Virus record (IMG/VR): IMGVR_UViG_3300018877_000004
Span: 5,500-69,499 of that record
DNA: 64,000 bases
Strand: one strand, 5' to 3'
Origin: a virus
Made by a program: the position numbers and the translations under genes. Shown here one piece after another: positions 1 through 8,481 of this stretch (position 1 is the stretch's first letter; every line of letters begins with the position of its first letter). The notes beneath the pieces are model-generated. The model worked only from the letters and a program-made list of their open reading frames with translations. It was not told where the DNA came from and did not search any database.

Positions 1-2
1 CG

Positions 3-722
3 CAGATTAGCCCTTACTTCCAGACTGACGCCATTACGCTCTATCACGCTAACTGCATAGACGCAATGAAAGGCATGGACGATCGATCGGTCGATTTAGT
101 CCTCACCGATCCACCCTACTCAGAGAAAACTCATGCAGGCGCTCGATCGTGTGCAACGCAAACGGCGAACAGAAAACCACATGACGCTAAAAAAGCAATT
201 GACTTTTCATCAATTAGTGAGAGCGATTTTGCGACCTGTTTTGACGAAATAGGCCGAGTAGCAAAACGCTGGGTGATTGCAACGATCGACTGGCGATACA
301 TGCACCTGCTTGAAGAAGCTCCGCCTCAAAACCTGCGCTTTGTCCGCTTTGGCATTTTCGATAAACCCAATGGCGCACCCCAATTCACAGGCGATCGGCC
401 TGGTACAGGATGGGAAGCGATCGCAATGCTGCATCGCACCGACGCAAAACTGCGATGGAATGGCGGCGGCAAGAGAAGCGTGTACAGACACAACATCGAC
501 AGCAGCGGCATTCACCCCACCGCTAAGCCTCTATCGCTCTATAGCGAGTTAATTCAACTGTTCAGCGACCCCAATGACGTTGTATTCGATCCTTTTGCTG
601 GATCAGGTGCAAGTCTGCGGGCAGCGGCAGATTTAGGCCGCAGAGCGATCGGGGTTGAGTTGTCGCCTCAATACATCGAAGTGGCAGCAAGGCGCTGTCA
701 ACAGTTGGCGCTGTTTTCCTAG
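3..722 (+). CDS. Site-specific DNA methyltransferase (N6-A/N4-C, beta class), 5'-truncated by the window edge
   Basis: DLVLTDPPY, HPTAKP and VFDPFAGSG motifs. The frame is open back to base 3 (QISPYFQTDAITLYHANCIDAM), so the true start lies upstream of the window. Confidence 0.92.
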   Translation, partial: QISPYFQTDAITLYHANCIDAMKGMDDRSVDLVLTDPPYSEKTHAGARSCATQTANRKPHDAKKAIDFSSISESDFATCFDEIGRVAKRWVIATIDWRYMHLLEEAPPQNLRFVRFGIFDKPNGAPQFTGDRPGTGWEAIAMLHRTDAKLRWNGGGKRSVYRHNIDSSGIHPTAKPLSLYSELIQLFSDPNDVVFDPFAGSGASLRAAADLGRRAIGVELSPQYIEVAARRCQQLALFS

Positions 723-724
723 CC

Positions 725-750
725 AAAGAAAAAGCGGGCACTCAGCCCGC
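725..750 (-). terminator. Putative intrinsic terminator for the minus strand
   Basis: GCGGGC-actca-GCCCGC hairpin preceded on + by an A-rich tract, which is a U-tract on the minus strand. Confidence 0.4.
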
Positions 751-777
751 CCCATGTAATCGCAGAAAAAACTTGCA

Positions 778-1653
778 ATGCCAAACTATAACGCAAAATT
801 TACAGAACAACAGAAACCCGATCGATTACGGCATCGACTGCTGAGCAGATCAGAAGAGAGAGCCTTACTAAGGCTGGCACAAAAAGGCGATCGTCGTGCT
901 GTTGCCCTGCTTGTCGAATGCAATCAAAAGTTTGTTGCCCGTATCGCCAGTCGCTATCAGACCCAGGGCAAGCATCTGTCGTTCGATGATTTGATGCAAG
1001 AAGGATCGTTAGGGCTAATTCGTGCGATCGAAAAGTTCGATCTCAGCCAAAACACTCGCTTGCTTACCTACGCCAAGTTGTGGATAAACCAAAAGCTGCA
1101 ACGGGCGATCGCCAAGCAGCAGTACACCATCCGTCAACCTTTCGACACTCGCTACCTGCAATGGCAAATCCAGCAGTTAGCACCTCAACTGCAAGAACAG
1201 GGCTTGCCCGTCACAGTGCAGAACCTCGCAAAACGCTTGCAGGTGCAGGAGAAGCACGTTAAGCGGGCGATCGACCTAAAAGCAATTGATTGTTCGATCA
1301 GCATCGATTGCTTGGATGGCGGCATTCCTGGGCCTGCTCTGCCAGTTGAGGACGATTTCGATCGCGCTGTGATGATTGACCGGATTGAGCGGGCGATCGT
1401 GAATTGCTCCACTGATGACTGTGTGCGGCAAATGGTGCGGATGCGGATCGGACTCGCGACGGGTGAGCCGATGGGATTTCGTGAAATCGCTAGTCGCCTA
1501 AATCGCAGTGTGTCTTGGGCAAATGCCGCATACGTGCGGGCGCTGAAACGAATACAGCCCCAGATTGAGGATTTGCGCGAAGGACGAGAACACATCAAGG
1601 GGAGGCATTTGACGCCCTGCCGCGATCGTAGCCGTGTACAGGAGGTAGCTTAA
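778..1653 (+). CDS. RNA polymerase sigma-70 factor (RpoD/group 2-like)
   Basis: Region 1.2 LLSRSEERAL; region 2 DDLMQEGSLGLIRAIEKFD...TYAKLWINQ; region 4 HTH MGFREIASRLNRS. Confidence 0.92.
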   Translation: MPNYNAKFTEQQKPDRLRHRLLSRSEERALLRLAQKGDRRAVALLVECNQKFVARIASRYQTQGKHLSFDDLMQEGSLGLIRAIEKFDLSQNTRLLTYAKLWINQKLQRAIAKQQYTIRQPFDTRYLQWQIQQLAPQLQEQGLPVTVQNLAKRLQVQEKHVKRAIDLKAIDCSISIDCLDGGIPGPALPVEDDFDRAVMIDRIERAIVNCSTDDCVRQMVRMRIGLATGEPMGFREIASRLNRSVSWANAAYVRALKRIQPQIEDLREGREHIKGRHLTPCRDRSRVQEVA

Positions 1654-1655
1654 TC

Positions 1656-2603
1656 ATGCCAACTGCTGAAGACTTAAACCACGCTTGGAATCGTTGCCGC
1701 TTTGACTGCTCTACGTTCCATCCGCTTAGCACTGTTGTGCATGAGCCTTGCTGCTTGTGCCTAGCTTTTAGGCAGCAAAAGCAGCTATACATAGCTCACG
1801 CCATCGTCAAAACAACCACGCTAAACGGTAGCTGGAGCGATCGCTATCTGTGCCGCTCCTGCTATCTGTTGATCTGCGATCGGATAGGTCAAGACCCCGA
1901 CTTCAAGCAAGAACCCCGCGTTAAAGGCGAGGAAAAGAAACCCGTCAGACAGGGGACATGCCGCAGCCTAGTGATGGAATTGATCGCTATGGCTGACGGG
2001 GGAACGATCGATTCTCTAAAAGAAGAAGCGATGCGGCAAGACATTGAACTGCCGCCCAATTTCGATATTGTTGTTCGTCAGCTAGCAAATGAAGGCAGGC
2101 TTGCCCGTAGTCGATGCACCAGAACCAGGCGCGTCGTTTATTCACCAACTCCAGAGGGCTTGCAGTTTATTGAATTCAAGCTGCTGACTAAAACCGAGCA
2201 GGTACGGCGCTTAGTCGATCTATCAGGCGGTGGGTTGAATCTAAAAGAATTAACCGATCGCTTTGGTGCAGAGTTTGAGGAAGTAAAAAGCACTGTTTTT
2301 GACTGCACTCGCAGCGCCAGTTTGATCGCGGTCAAGAATCAAGGCACTTACCGCTTCTACACCAAAGAACAGTGGCAAGCGTTACTAACACCTGACGAAC
2401 AAAAGATTGAGCAGGCGTTGTTTGTGCTGCGCGCTAAGCGCCAACCCTTTACAGTTGCCGCTGTTGCTGATTTCGCTGGACTACCTGAAAGCATGATTAC
2501 TAACAATCCGCTGCTGCGATCGCGTGTTCAGCAGGTGGTCGATTGGGCTTACCGCAGAGAGTTAAGAGCTTTGAAACAGGAGAACAAACGCTATGCAAGC
2601 TGA
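1656..2603 (+). CDS. Hypothetical protein with Cys-rich N-terminus and probable winged-helix/HTH segments
   Basis: Long ORF starting 2 nt after the sigma gene; CxxC motifs; FTVAAVADFAGL HTH-like segment. Confidence 0.6.
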   Translation: MPTAEDLNHAWNRCRFDCSTFHPLSTVVHEPCCLCLAFRQQKQLYIAHAIVKTTTLNGSWSDRYLCRSCYLLICDRIGQDPDFKQEPRVKGEEKKPVRQGTCRSLVMELIAMADGGTIDSLKEEAMRQDIELPPNFDIVVRQLANEGRLARSRCTRTRRVVYSPTPEGLQFIEFKLLTKTEQVRRLVDLSGGGLNLKELTDRFGAEFEEVKSTVFDCTRSASLIAVKNQGTYRFYTKEQWQALLTPDEQKIEQALFVLRAKRQPFTVAAVADFAGLPESMITNNPLLRSRVQQVVDWAYRRELRALKQENKRYAS

Positions 2604-2889
2604 TTTTGTCGAAGAAGCGCAACGCCTAATCTGCGAGGCGATCGCCCAACTCGCAGTAGAACAAAACCCCGATCTACGTCAGCAGATGTCAGCAAAACTA
2701 CAGCCTGCGGTCAAATCTCTCTGTGGAAATCTGCTGGATGAGAACAGAGATTTACAAGCCAAAAATAACGATCTCCAGACCAGAAACAGGAGTTTAAGCG
2801 TTCAGTTGGGACAGCACCATGCGGCGATCGCTGCTGCTCAAAGCGTGAGCAAAGCCTATGGCAACGTCTTTTCTCTGGGAGGTAAATAG
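2593..2889 (+). CDS. Hypothetical coiled-coil protein
   Basis: Overlaps the upstream stop; operon context. Confidence 0.6.
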   Translation: MQADFVEEAQRLICEAIAQLAVEQNPDLRQQMSAKLQPAVKSLCGNLLDENRDLQAKNNDLQTRNRSLSVQLGQHHAAIAAAQSVSKAYGNVFSLGGK

Positions 2890-3141
2890 ATGGTGACCAA
2901 CCTTGCCGATGTCTATGACTTGCTAACTCAAGTTGTTGCGATCGAGCGCTCAGCCGAAACCTCAACCATTACGCCTGAGTGTCAATCCTATGTCGATGTT
3001 TTGAAGCGATGTCGCCAAGCAATGGGCTGGCTAACGCAGGAATTGGGCGAATCACATCGACAGGTTCACGCTTGGGAACGGGCAGGCGTTGCGGGTGCTG
3101 TTTCACCGCCTGAAGTGATGGAGGTCGATCGATGCTCTTAA
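2890..3141 (+). CDS. Hypothetical protein
   Basis: Abuts the previous stop; GGAGG RBS upstream. Confidence 0.6.
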   Translation: MVTNLADVYDLLTQVVAIERSAETSTITPECQSYVDVLKRCRQAMGWLTQELGESHRQVHAWERAGVAGAVSPPEVMEVDRCS

Positions 3142-3224
3142 CTTGGATTCCTTGGACTGTAATGCTCTTTCTCTGGGCGTTTCTTCTCGCTGCCCAAGTG
3201 CATGAAATCTGGTTCAAGGAGTAA
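3132..3224 (+). CDS. Small membrane peptide, 30 aa (MLLTWIPWTVMLFLWAFLLAAQVHEIWFKE); not in the ORF track
   Basis: GGAGG RBS 7 nt upstream; single hydrophobic helix; overlaps the end of the previous gene. Confidence 0.45.
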   Translation: MLLTWIPWTVMLFLWAFLLAAQVHEIWFKE

Positions 3225-3393
3225 ACAATCTGCTGCCGAAACAAACAGCAGACCAGGCGATCGCTTCAGGAAAGAGGGGCGATCGCCGCCCACAAAATCA
3301 CCACTTGAAACTATGCAAACTTCTATTGGCAAACCTTACACAAACTGCGATCGCTGTCCCTGTTCACGCGGCGATCGCTTTCCTCTTAGCTTT

Positions 3394-3594
3394 TTACTCG
3401 CGGTAGTCGTTGTAAATCTCCAGTTCTGGCAGTCTATCTTCGCCAGGTTTAGACGGCTTAATGATGACCTCGATCGAGCCACTTGGAAAGTGAGGCTCCT
3501 GTTTTAGACACCAATTCAAAAGATCGTCTAAAGACAAAAGTTCTATCTCTTCCTGGGTATCCCACGACCACGTTTTATAAGCAATGAATTTCAC
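3394..3594 (-). CDS. Small acidic hypothetical protein
   Basis: 66-aa ORF downstream of the repressor operon; AGGAG RBS. Confidence 0.6.
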   Translation of the reverse strand: MKFIAYKTWSWDTQEEIELLSLDDLLNWCLKQEPHFPSGSIEVIIKPSKPGEDRLPELEIYNDYRE

Positions 3595-3676
3595 AGCAAT
3601 CGCTCCTAATCGAATTTATACAAACGCCAACTACAGCGATCGCGTCCTTCTGGTGGTCGATTGGGTTTCTCTTGGT

Positions 3677-4228
3677 CTATCCAGCATTTGCTTGCTCGTC
3701 AGGCATGTAAGCCAAAAACTCACCTGGCTGAGCGTCGTATGTCTTGCAAATTTTCGCCACAGTGCTTTTTTGCTCAGGATAGGCAGTCCTTTCGGTCAAA
3801 AGCTTCCGCGCCGTTTGGATAGACAATCCCGTGTCTTTGTGAAATCTATAAGCGGTAAATACGCCCTTTTTAGCCAAAAACACATCCAATGTGTTAACCA
3901 ATCCGCTCAAACCGTCAATCGGTTGGATGGGGGCTGCTTGCCCGTTCAGCACAGGCTGAAAATAAGCGATCAAAGCTTCTTCAATTTGCCAAAGCAAGTC
4001 AACGTCGCACGATAAGTAAGCAATTCGGATGCCGCCTAAGACCTTCAACTGATTAAAACGATGATGTTGACTCCACCTTTGCCGCAAATTAATCGATTGT
4101 CCAATGTACTGCACAACCCCAGCAGCATCGATCGCAAAGTAAATGCTTGGATGCTCAGGCAGCAAGCGGTGATCAGGCAAGGGGACAAAAGGCAGCGCCA
4201 ACGGGTCAATGTTTTTGACTTCAATCAT
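3677..4228 (-). CDS. GIY-YIG domain fused to a Cro/C1-type HTH
   Basis: SIYFA...YIGQSINLRQRW...EEALI (GIY-YIG), followed by TAYRFHKDTGLS...KICKTYDAQPGE (HTH). Confidence 0.8.
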   Translation of the reverse strand: MIEVKNIDPLALPFVPLPDHRLLPEHPSIYFAIDAAGVVQYIGQSINLRQRWSQHHRFNQLKVLGGIRIAYLSCDVDLLWQIEEALIAYFQPVLNGQAAPIQPIDGLSGLVNTLDVFLAKKGVFTAYRFHKDTGLSIQTARKLLTERTAYPEQKSTVAKICKTYDAQPGEFLAYMPDEQANAG

Positions 4229-4458
4229 TACTCTTCAGCCTCAATTTTGAACAGTTCGCGGATGTCCACATCAAGTTCTTCACAAACTCTCAAAGCGCGA
4301 ACGATCGCCCCAAGGTTTCTGCCGTTTTCCCAGTTTTGGATTGTTGTTTTGGTTAAGCCAGAGCGTTTGGCTAAATCATCTTGGCTCAAACCCTTGCTCC
4401 GTCTGAATTCCGCAAGTTTAGATGTCACTTTAATTTCCTCACTATCACGCTTCGACAT
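4228..4458 (-). CDS. XRE-family HTH repressor (CI/Cro-like)
   Basis: LAEFRRSKGLSQDDLAKRSGLTKTTIQNWENG; ATG at 4458; divergent from the early operon. Confidence 0.88.
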   Translation of the reverse strand: MSKRDSEEIKVTSKLAEFRRSKGLSQDDLAKRSGLTKTTIQNWENGRNLGAIVRALRVCEELDVDIRELFKIEAEE

Positions 4459-4493
4459 AATTAGCTTAACCCAAAACACTTGGCTACGTCAAC

Positions 4494-4522
4494 TTGACAA
4501 GGCTAAGCAGATTTGGTTGAAT
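4494..4522 (+). promoter_or_regulatory. Putative sigma-70 early promoter in the immunity region
   Basis: TTGACA (4494-4499), 17-nt spacer, TTGAAT (4517-4522), facing the 4611 operon. Confidence 0.55.
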
Positions 4523-4610
4523 GGTAATTGTAAGGGCGATCGAATTCCCGCCAAGAAACACCGATCGCCCTACAAGTCCCAACTACTTAGCCAAGGAACT
4601 TTAGCTAATT

Positions 4611-4880
4611 ATGGCACTGACAGAACTTGCATTAAACGACTGTCGTCAAGATTCGATCGCAACTCAGCAGCAATACACCCTCGAAGGTCTGCCAGAGCGC
4701 ATCAACCCCAGTTACCAGGCAGAGTGCGAAAACTACTTTGCGATGGGTCGGCTTCACTTTCAGCAGGGATGGTCGCGCAAAGCTCATCTCAAGTTTGCCG
4801 CCAAAGTCCTAATGCCGCAGTGGAACATGCTGTATCGCGAAGGCTATCGCCAAGCCTCGACGCAGCAGGGAGTCGCATAG
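4611..4880 (+). CDS. Hypothetical protein, first gene of the divergent early operon
   Basis: ATG with AAGGA upstream; divergent from the repressor. Confidence 0.6.
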   Translation: MALTELALNDCRQDSIATQQQYTLEGLPERINPSYQAECENYFAMGRLHFQQGWSRKAHLKFAAKVLMPQWNMLYREGYRQASTQQGVA

Positions 4881-4882
4881 TC

Positions 4883-5098
4883 ATGACCCCTACCTACCTT
4901 GCCTCACTACAATCCCTCTCTTGCCGCAATCCGATCGCCTTCCGTGTGGAGTTCTGGCCGAATCCAGACGATCGCACGGCACAGGTTGCAGACATCCTCA
5001 TGCACAAAGATTCGCCGCTAGAGACAATCCTCGAGGTTTGGCGACAGATTCCCGGCGCGATCGTTCGCAGGGTCGATCGAGTTGGCACACCGTTTTAG
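4883..5098 (+). CDS. Hypothetical protein, 71 aa (MTPTYLASL...); the real part of track ORF 4061..5098
   Basis: ATG 2 nt after the upstream stop. The upstream part of the track ORF is antisense to the repressor. Confidence 0.55.
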   Translation: MTPTYLASLQSLSCRNPIAFRVEFWPNPDDRTAQVADILMHKDSPLETILEVWRQIPGAIVRRVDRVGTPF

Positions 5099-5152
5099 TT
5101 TGTGGGCGGTGTTCTGCCGCCCTTCACGACACATTTACTCAAGGGGAAGAGT

Positions 5153-5467
5153 ATGGACTTTTTGATTTTAGTGATTGGTTCGGTTGGGATTATTTCAGTG
5201 CTGCTTGCTGTTGGGGCCTTGCTCAACGGCTGGGCATTGACACTGCTGTGGTCTTGGTTTGTAGTGCCCACCTTTCCCGACTTACCTGTATTGAGCTTGG
5301 GGCAAGCAATCGGACTGGGGATGATCATCAGTTTCTTGACCTATCAATACATCGACGCCGAGCCAAGCAAGGAAGACAACGGTGCTTTTAAGGCAGTGGC
5401 GGCCACCATACTGCGCCCAATCATATATGTGCTGTTTGGCTACATCATTCACTCGATTTTCTTCTAA
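5153..5467 (+). CDS. Membrane protein, about 3 TM helices
   Basis: Hydrophobic segments; AAGGGGAAG RBS before ATG 5153. Confidence 0.7.
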   Translation: MDFLILVIGSVGIISVLLAVGALLNGWALTLLWSWFVVPTFPDLPVLSLGQAIGLGMIISFLTYQYIDAEPSKEDNGAFKAVAATILRPIIYVLFGYIIHSIFF

Positions 5468-5736
5468 CTCGATCGCTCTCCGCATCCTCTCACCACAAAA
5501 CATTATGCAAGCCAAAGTCTACAGCCTAGATCAGCATCGAAAGTTGCGCGATAGCATCCCACGCCAGCACCGCCCAGCGATCGCACCTCTGCCCCATCAT
5601 CAGCGGGGCGATCGAGTGGTAGCCCCGCTGATGATGGGGCAGCTTAGTTTATTCGCGCCACATCCCACAGCGCTAGGACGGGGAACGTTTACTCAGCCAA
5701 AACAACACCTACATCAAACACAAAAAGGTTCTAACA

Positions 5737-6738
5737 ATGGCTATCTACAGCTTCAACAAAGACATGTTTCCTTCGCTGCTGGCTCAAGATCTCGTCCCTG
5801 GCTACAACTCGATCGGATTTGCAGATCTCTCGTCTGTCGAATCTGAGGTTCTGGGTGGGTTCATCGGACTGCTAGGCGATCCGATCGGCAAAGAGCTTGA
5901 TGAGTCAAACGTGCTGCTAGTCAAAGCTGACAACGCAGGCATTGTGACTCAAGTTTATGGTGCTTCTATTTTCAAGGGTGAATCTGGTCTAGTTCTCAAG
6001 GTCGGCAACAATGAATTTCTTGTCAGCCAAGCCAACGGCGGTTTTGAAGTCGGGGCGCTGATCGGTGAGATCGCTTTTTCAGACAAACCAGTTGAAGCCG
6101 TTGTCAAAGATGAGGCAGGCGAAGAACGTCGAATCGATCTCTACCCTGCAACGGTCAACTTCTTGTTTGCTCCTGAAGGCGACGAAGACAACGCCATCGA
6201 ATATCAAGTTCGTTGCTCTTGGGATGCTTCTACAGAGCCGAAGCCTGCTGCAATCAAGGCCAAGATTCGCGCCAACAAAGACATCTCTGATTATTTTCGA
6301 GGTGTTCCAACTGGCACTGGATCGGGTGTTGAGACAGGCAAGATGCAGGACTTGGGAGTAGGCGAATTCGAGGTGATTGAGGCTCGATCGGTCAACACCG
6401 AGCTTTACGGCATTCGCTTCGTCCTCAAGCTGGCAAATGGGCAGGAAGTGTGGAGTCGTGGCAATGCCGACATTCAGCTTAAAGATCGCCACGACTACGG
6501 CCAGCCGTTGCTGCGATCGGGTGTACCAACCTTCTTAATCATCTCTGAAGCAAAACAGCGCAAAGACGGCAAATGGTCTGTTACCTGCACTCTGCGGGAA
6601 CGCAAGGCAATTGATGATGTTGAGCCTGCTAAGCGTCCTGTGAAGTTTCGACTGTCTACAGATGCCAATCCTCCTGCAACTCCTGTTGCTGCTGGTGTTG
6701 GCGCTGGAACTCCCGACTATGACGATATTCCCTTCTAA
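5737..6738 (+). CDS. Putative ssDNA-binding or recombination protein with an SSB-type acidic tail
   Basis: Beta-rich body, Pro/Ala/Gly linker and C-terminal DYDDIPF; lies directly upstream of the helicase and primase genes. Confidence 0.6.
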   Translation: MAIYSFNKDMFPSLLAQDLVPGYNSIGFADLSSVESEVLGGFIGLLGDPIGKELDESNVLLVKADNAGIVTQVYGASIFKGESGLVLKVGNNEFLVSQANGGFEVGALIGEIAFSDKPVEAVVKDEAGEERRIDLYPATVNFLFAPEGDEDNAIEYQVRCSWDASTEPKPAAIKAKIRANKDISDYFRGVPTGTGSGVETGKMQDLGVGEFEVIEARSVNTELYGIRFVLKLANGQEVWSRGNADIQLKDRHDYGQPLLRSGVPTFLIISEAKQRKDGKWSVTCTLRERKAIDDVEPAKRPVKFRLSTDANPPATPVAAGVGAGTPDYDDIPF

Positions 6739-6749
6739 CGACTAGGGAC

Positions 6750-6781
6750 GCTCTAGGACGGGTTGCAGCCTGTCCTAGAGC
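6750..6781 (+). terminator. Strong stem-loop (terminator or mRNA-stabilising)
   Basis: GCTCTAGGACGGG-ttgcag-CCTGTCCTAGAGC, a 13-bp stem with one GU pair. Confidence 0.55.
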
Positions 6782-6832
6782 TTGGAAAATCGCGCCTATT
6801 CATGAACACAACCTTCCAAGGTCGATCGAACC

Positions 6833-8452
6833 ATGCAGAACACCGCTCTAGCAAGTGACATATGTACCAGCAGAGTGCATCCGGCAATCGCTGCAGCATT
6901 GCAACATTTAGCAACTGTCTGTGATTACGCCGCCACTCATGATGGCAAAGGTTTTTCAGGGGGCGATGCTGATTTTGGGCATTCACTCGCAAGCCAAGTT
7001 GACAGACTGACAAAGCAGCAGCAGATTAAAGCGCTGGCAATGCTGCGCAAGTACCAAAACACCCAGCTACAAGCCGCTTCAATTGAACTGCCTACCGATC
7101 TAGAGCTAACGGCTTGGCTGCGCGACCTCAGGCCAGAACCGCCCGTCAAGCCCGATCGATCCATTCCTGAAGTGCTGCCTGGTCTAACTCCCAATGCTCA
7201 GCAATGGCAAGCATTGCAAGAGATGGAAGCATTTTTAGGTAACGACGAAAAACTGTATCTGCTAACTGGCTTCGCGGGCACTGGCAAAACCGCAATGATT
7301 CAGGCAATGGTGCAGCGGTTGCGCGATAAAGGCGACGGTCGATCGATTGTCTTTACTGCGCCTACAAACAAGGCGACCAAAGTCCTCGCAAAAATGGTCG
7401 ATCGCTGGGGTTTGGGCATTGACTGTATGACCTGTTGCAAGCTGCTAGGGCTAAAGCCAGTCCTGGATGAAGTGACAGGAAAACAGCATTTCAAGCCTGA
7501 TTACGACGCAGAGAATCAGGTTGAAAACTACAGCTTGATCGTGATTGACGAAGCTTCGATGGTAGGTGCAGAGCTTTGGTCATTGCTGGTTGAAGCGGTT
7601 TCCTTGCTCTACTGCAAAACCAAGCTGCTGTTTGTGGGTGACGTGGCACAGTTGCCGCCAGTGGGAGAGCGAGAATCGCTTTGCTTCACTGAGATCTATG
7701 CTCAGTCAAATCTGACAGAAGTTGTTCGCTACGGTGGCTCGATCGGAGTGCTGGCAGAAAAGATTCGCAACCGGATCGACTATGTGAAGTTGCCAGAACT
7801 TGAAACAGATGTCAACGAAGATCGCACAGTCGGCATTTTTGTTTCTAGCTTGAGTCAGTGGGAGCAAGTACTGATTCAAGCTTTCAAATCCGATCGCTAC
7901 AAGCAAGACCCCGACTACGTTCGAGCGCTGGCTTACACCAACAAACGAGTCAATGCTCTGAACGCCAAGATTCGCGCCGCAATCTATGGTCAGTCTGCGC
8001 CTCGATTTGTGATGGGTGAGCGCTTGATGGCATCCAGTCCGGTCATGATTCGCGAAACAGTCGTGCTAGCAAATTCGGCTGAATGCGAAGTGCTGGAAGT
8101 CAACGAAGGGCGATCGGGCGATTGGAATGTTTGGTTCTTAGGCATCAAGACAGACGAAGGGCGGCACAAGTTAATCGAGGTGCTGCATGGGTCTGATGAG
8201 CGCAAATTTCAAATCAAGCTGAAAGAGCTAGCCGAAGCAAAACGCTGGCGTGAGTATTGGGATCTCAAAAAACTGTTTGCTGACCTGAATTACGCCTACT
8301 CCTGCACGATTCACAAAGCGCAAGGCTCAACTTTTGCCAACGCCTTTGTAGATGTGGCGAACTGCATGGTGAATCAGAACATTCGTGAACGCAATCAGCT
8401 TCTCTATGTTGCGTTTACGAGAGCGTCTGATCGTTTGTTTTTGGGTCAATAG
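6833..8452 (+). CDS. Superfamily 1B helicase (Dda/RecD2-like)
   Basis: GFAGTGKT, APTNKA, IDEASM, GDVAQLPPV, TIHKAQGSTF and LYVAFTRA motifs. Confidence 0.92.
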   Translation: MQNTALASDICTSRVHPAIAAALQHLATVCDYAATHDGKGFSGGDADFGHSLASQVDRLTKQQQIKALAMLRKYQNTQLQAASIELPTDLELTAWLRDLRPEPPVKPDRSIPEVLPGLTPNAQQWQALQEMEAFLGNDEKLYLLTGFAGTGKTAMIQAMVQRLRDKGDGRSIVFTAPTNKATKVLAKMVDRWGLGIDCMTCCKLLGLKPVLDEVTGKQHFKPDYDAENQVENYSLIVIDEASMVGAELWSLLVEAVSLLYCKTKLLFVGDVAQLPPVGERESLCFTEIYAQSNLTEVVRYGGSIGVLAEKIRNRIDYVKLPELETDVNEDRTVGIFVSSLSQWEQVLIQAFKSDRYKQDPDYVRALAYTNKRVNALNAKIRAAIYGQSAPRFVMGERLMASSPVMIRETVVLANSAECEVLEVNEGRSGDWNVWFLGIKTDEGRHKLIEVLHGSDERKFQIKLKELAEAKRWREYWDLKKLFADLNYAYSCTIHKAQGSTFANAFVDVANCMVNQNIRERNQLLYVAFTRASDRLFLGQ

Positions 8453-8481
8453 AACACATTTGAAATTGAGCGGTCGTCACT

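Noticed and set aside
4061-4882. 345-aa track ORF 4061..5098
   Set aside because: Its first three quarters is antisense to the repressor and GIY-YIG genes or overlaps 4611..4880. Only the part from ATG 4883 is plausible.
5382-5846. Track ORF 5382..5846 (or from ATG 5505)
   Set aside because: It overlaps the 5737 gene by 110 nt and has no recognisable features. A short real gene cannot be excluded but is unsupported.
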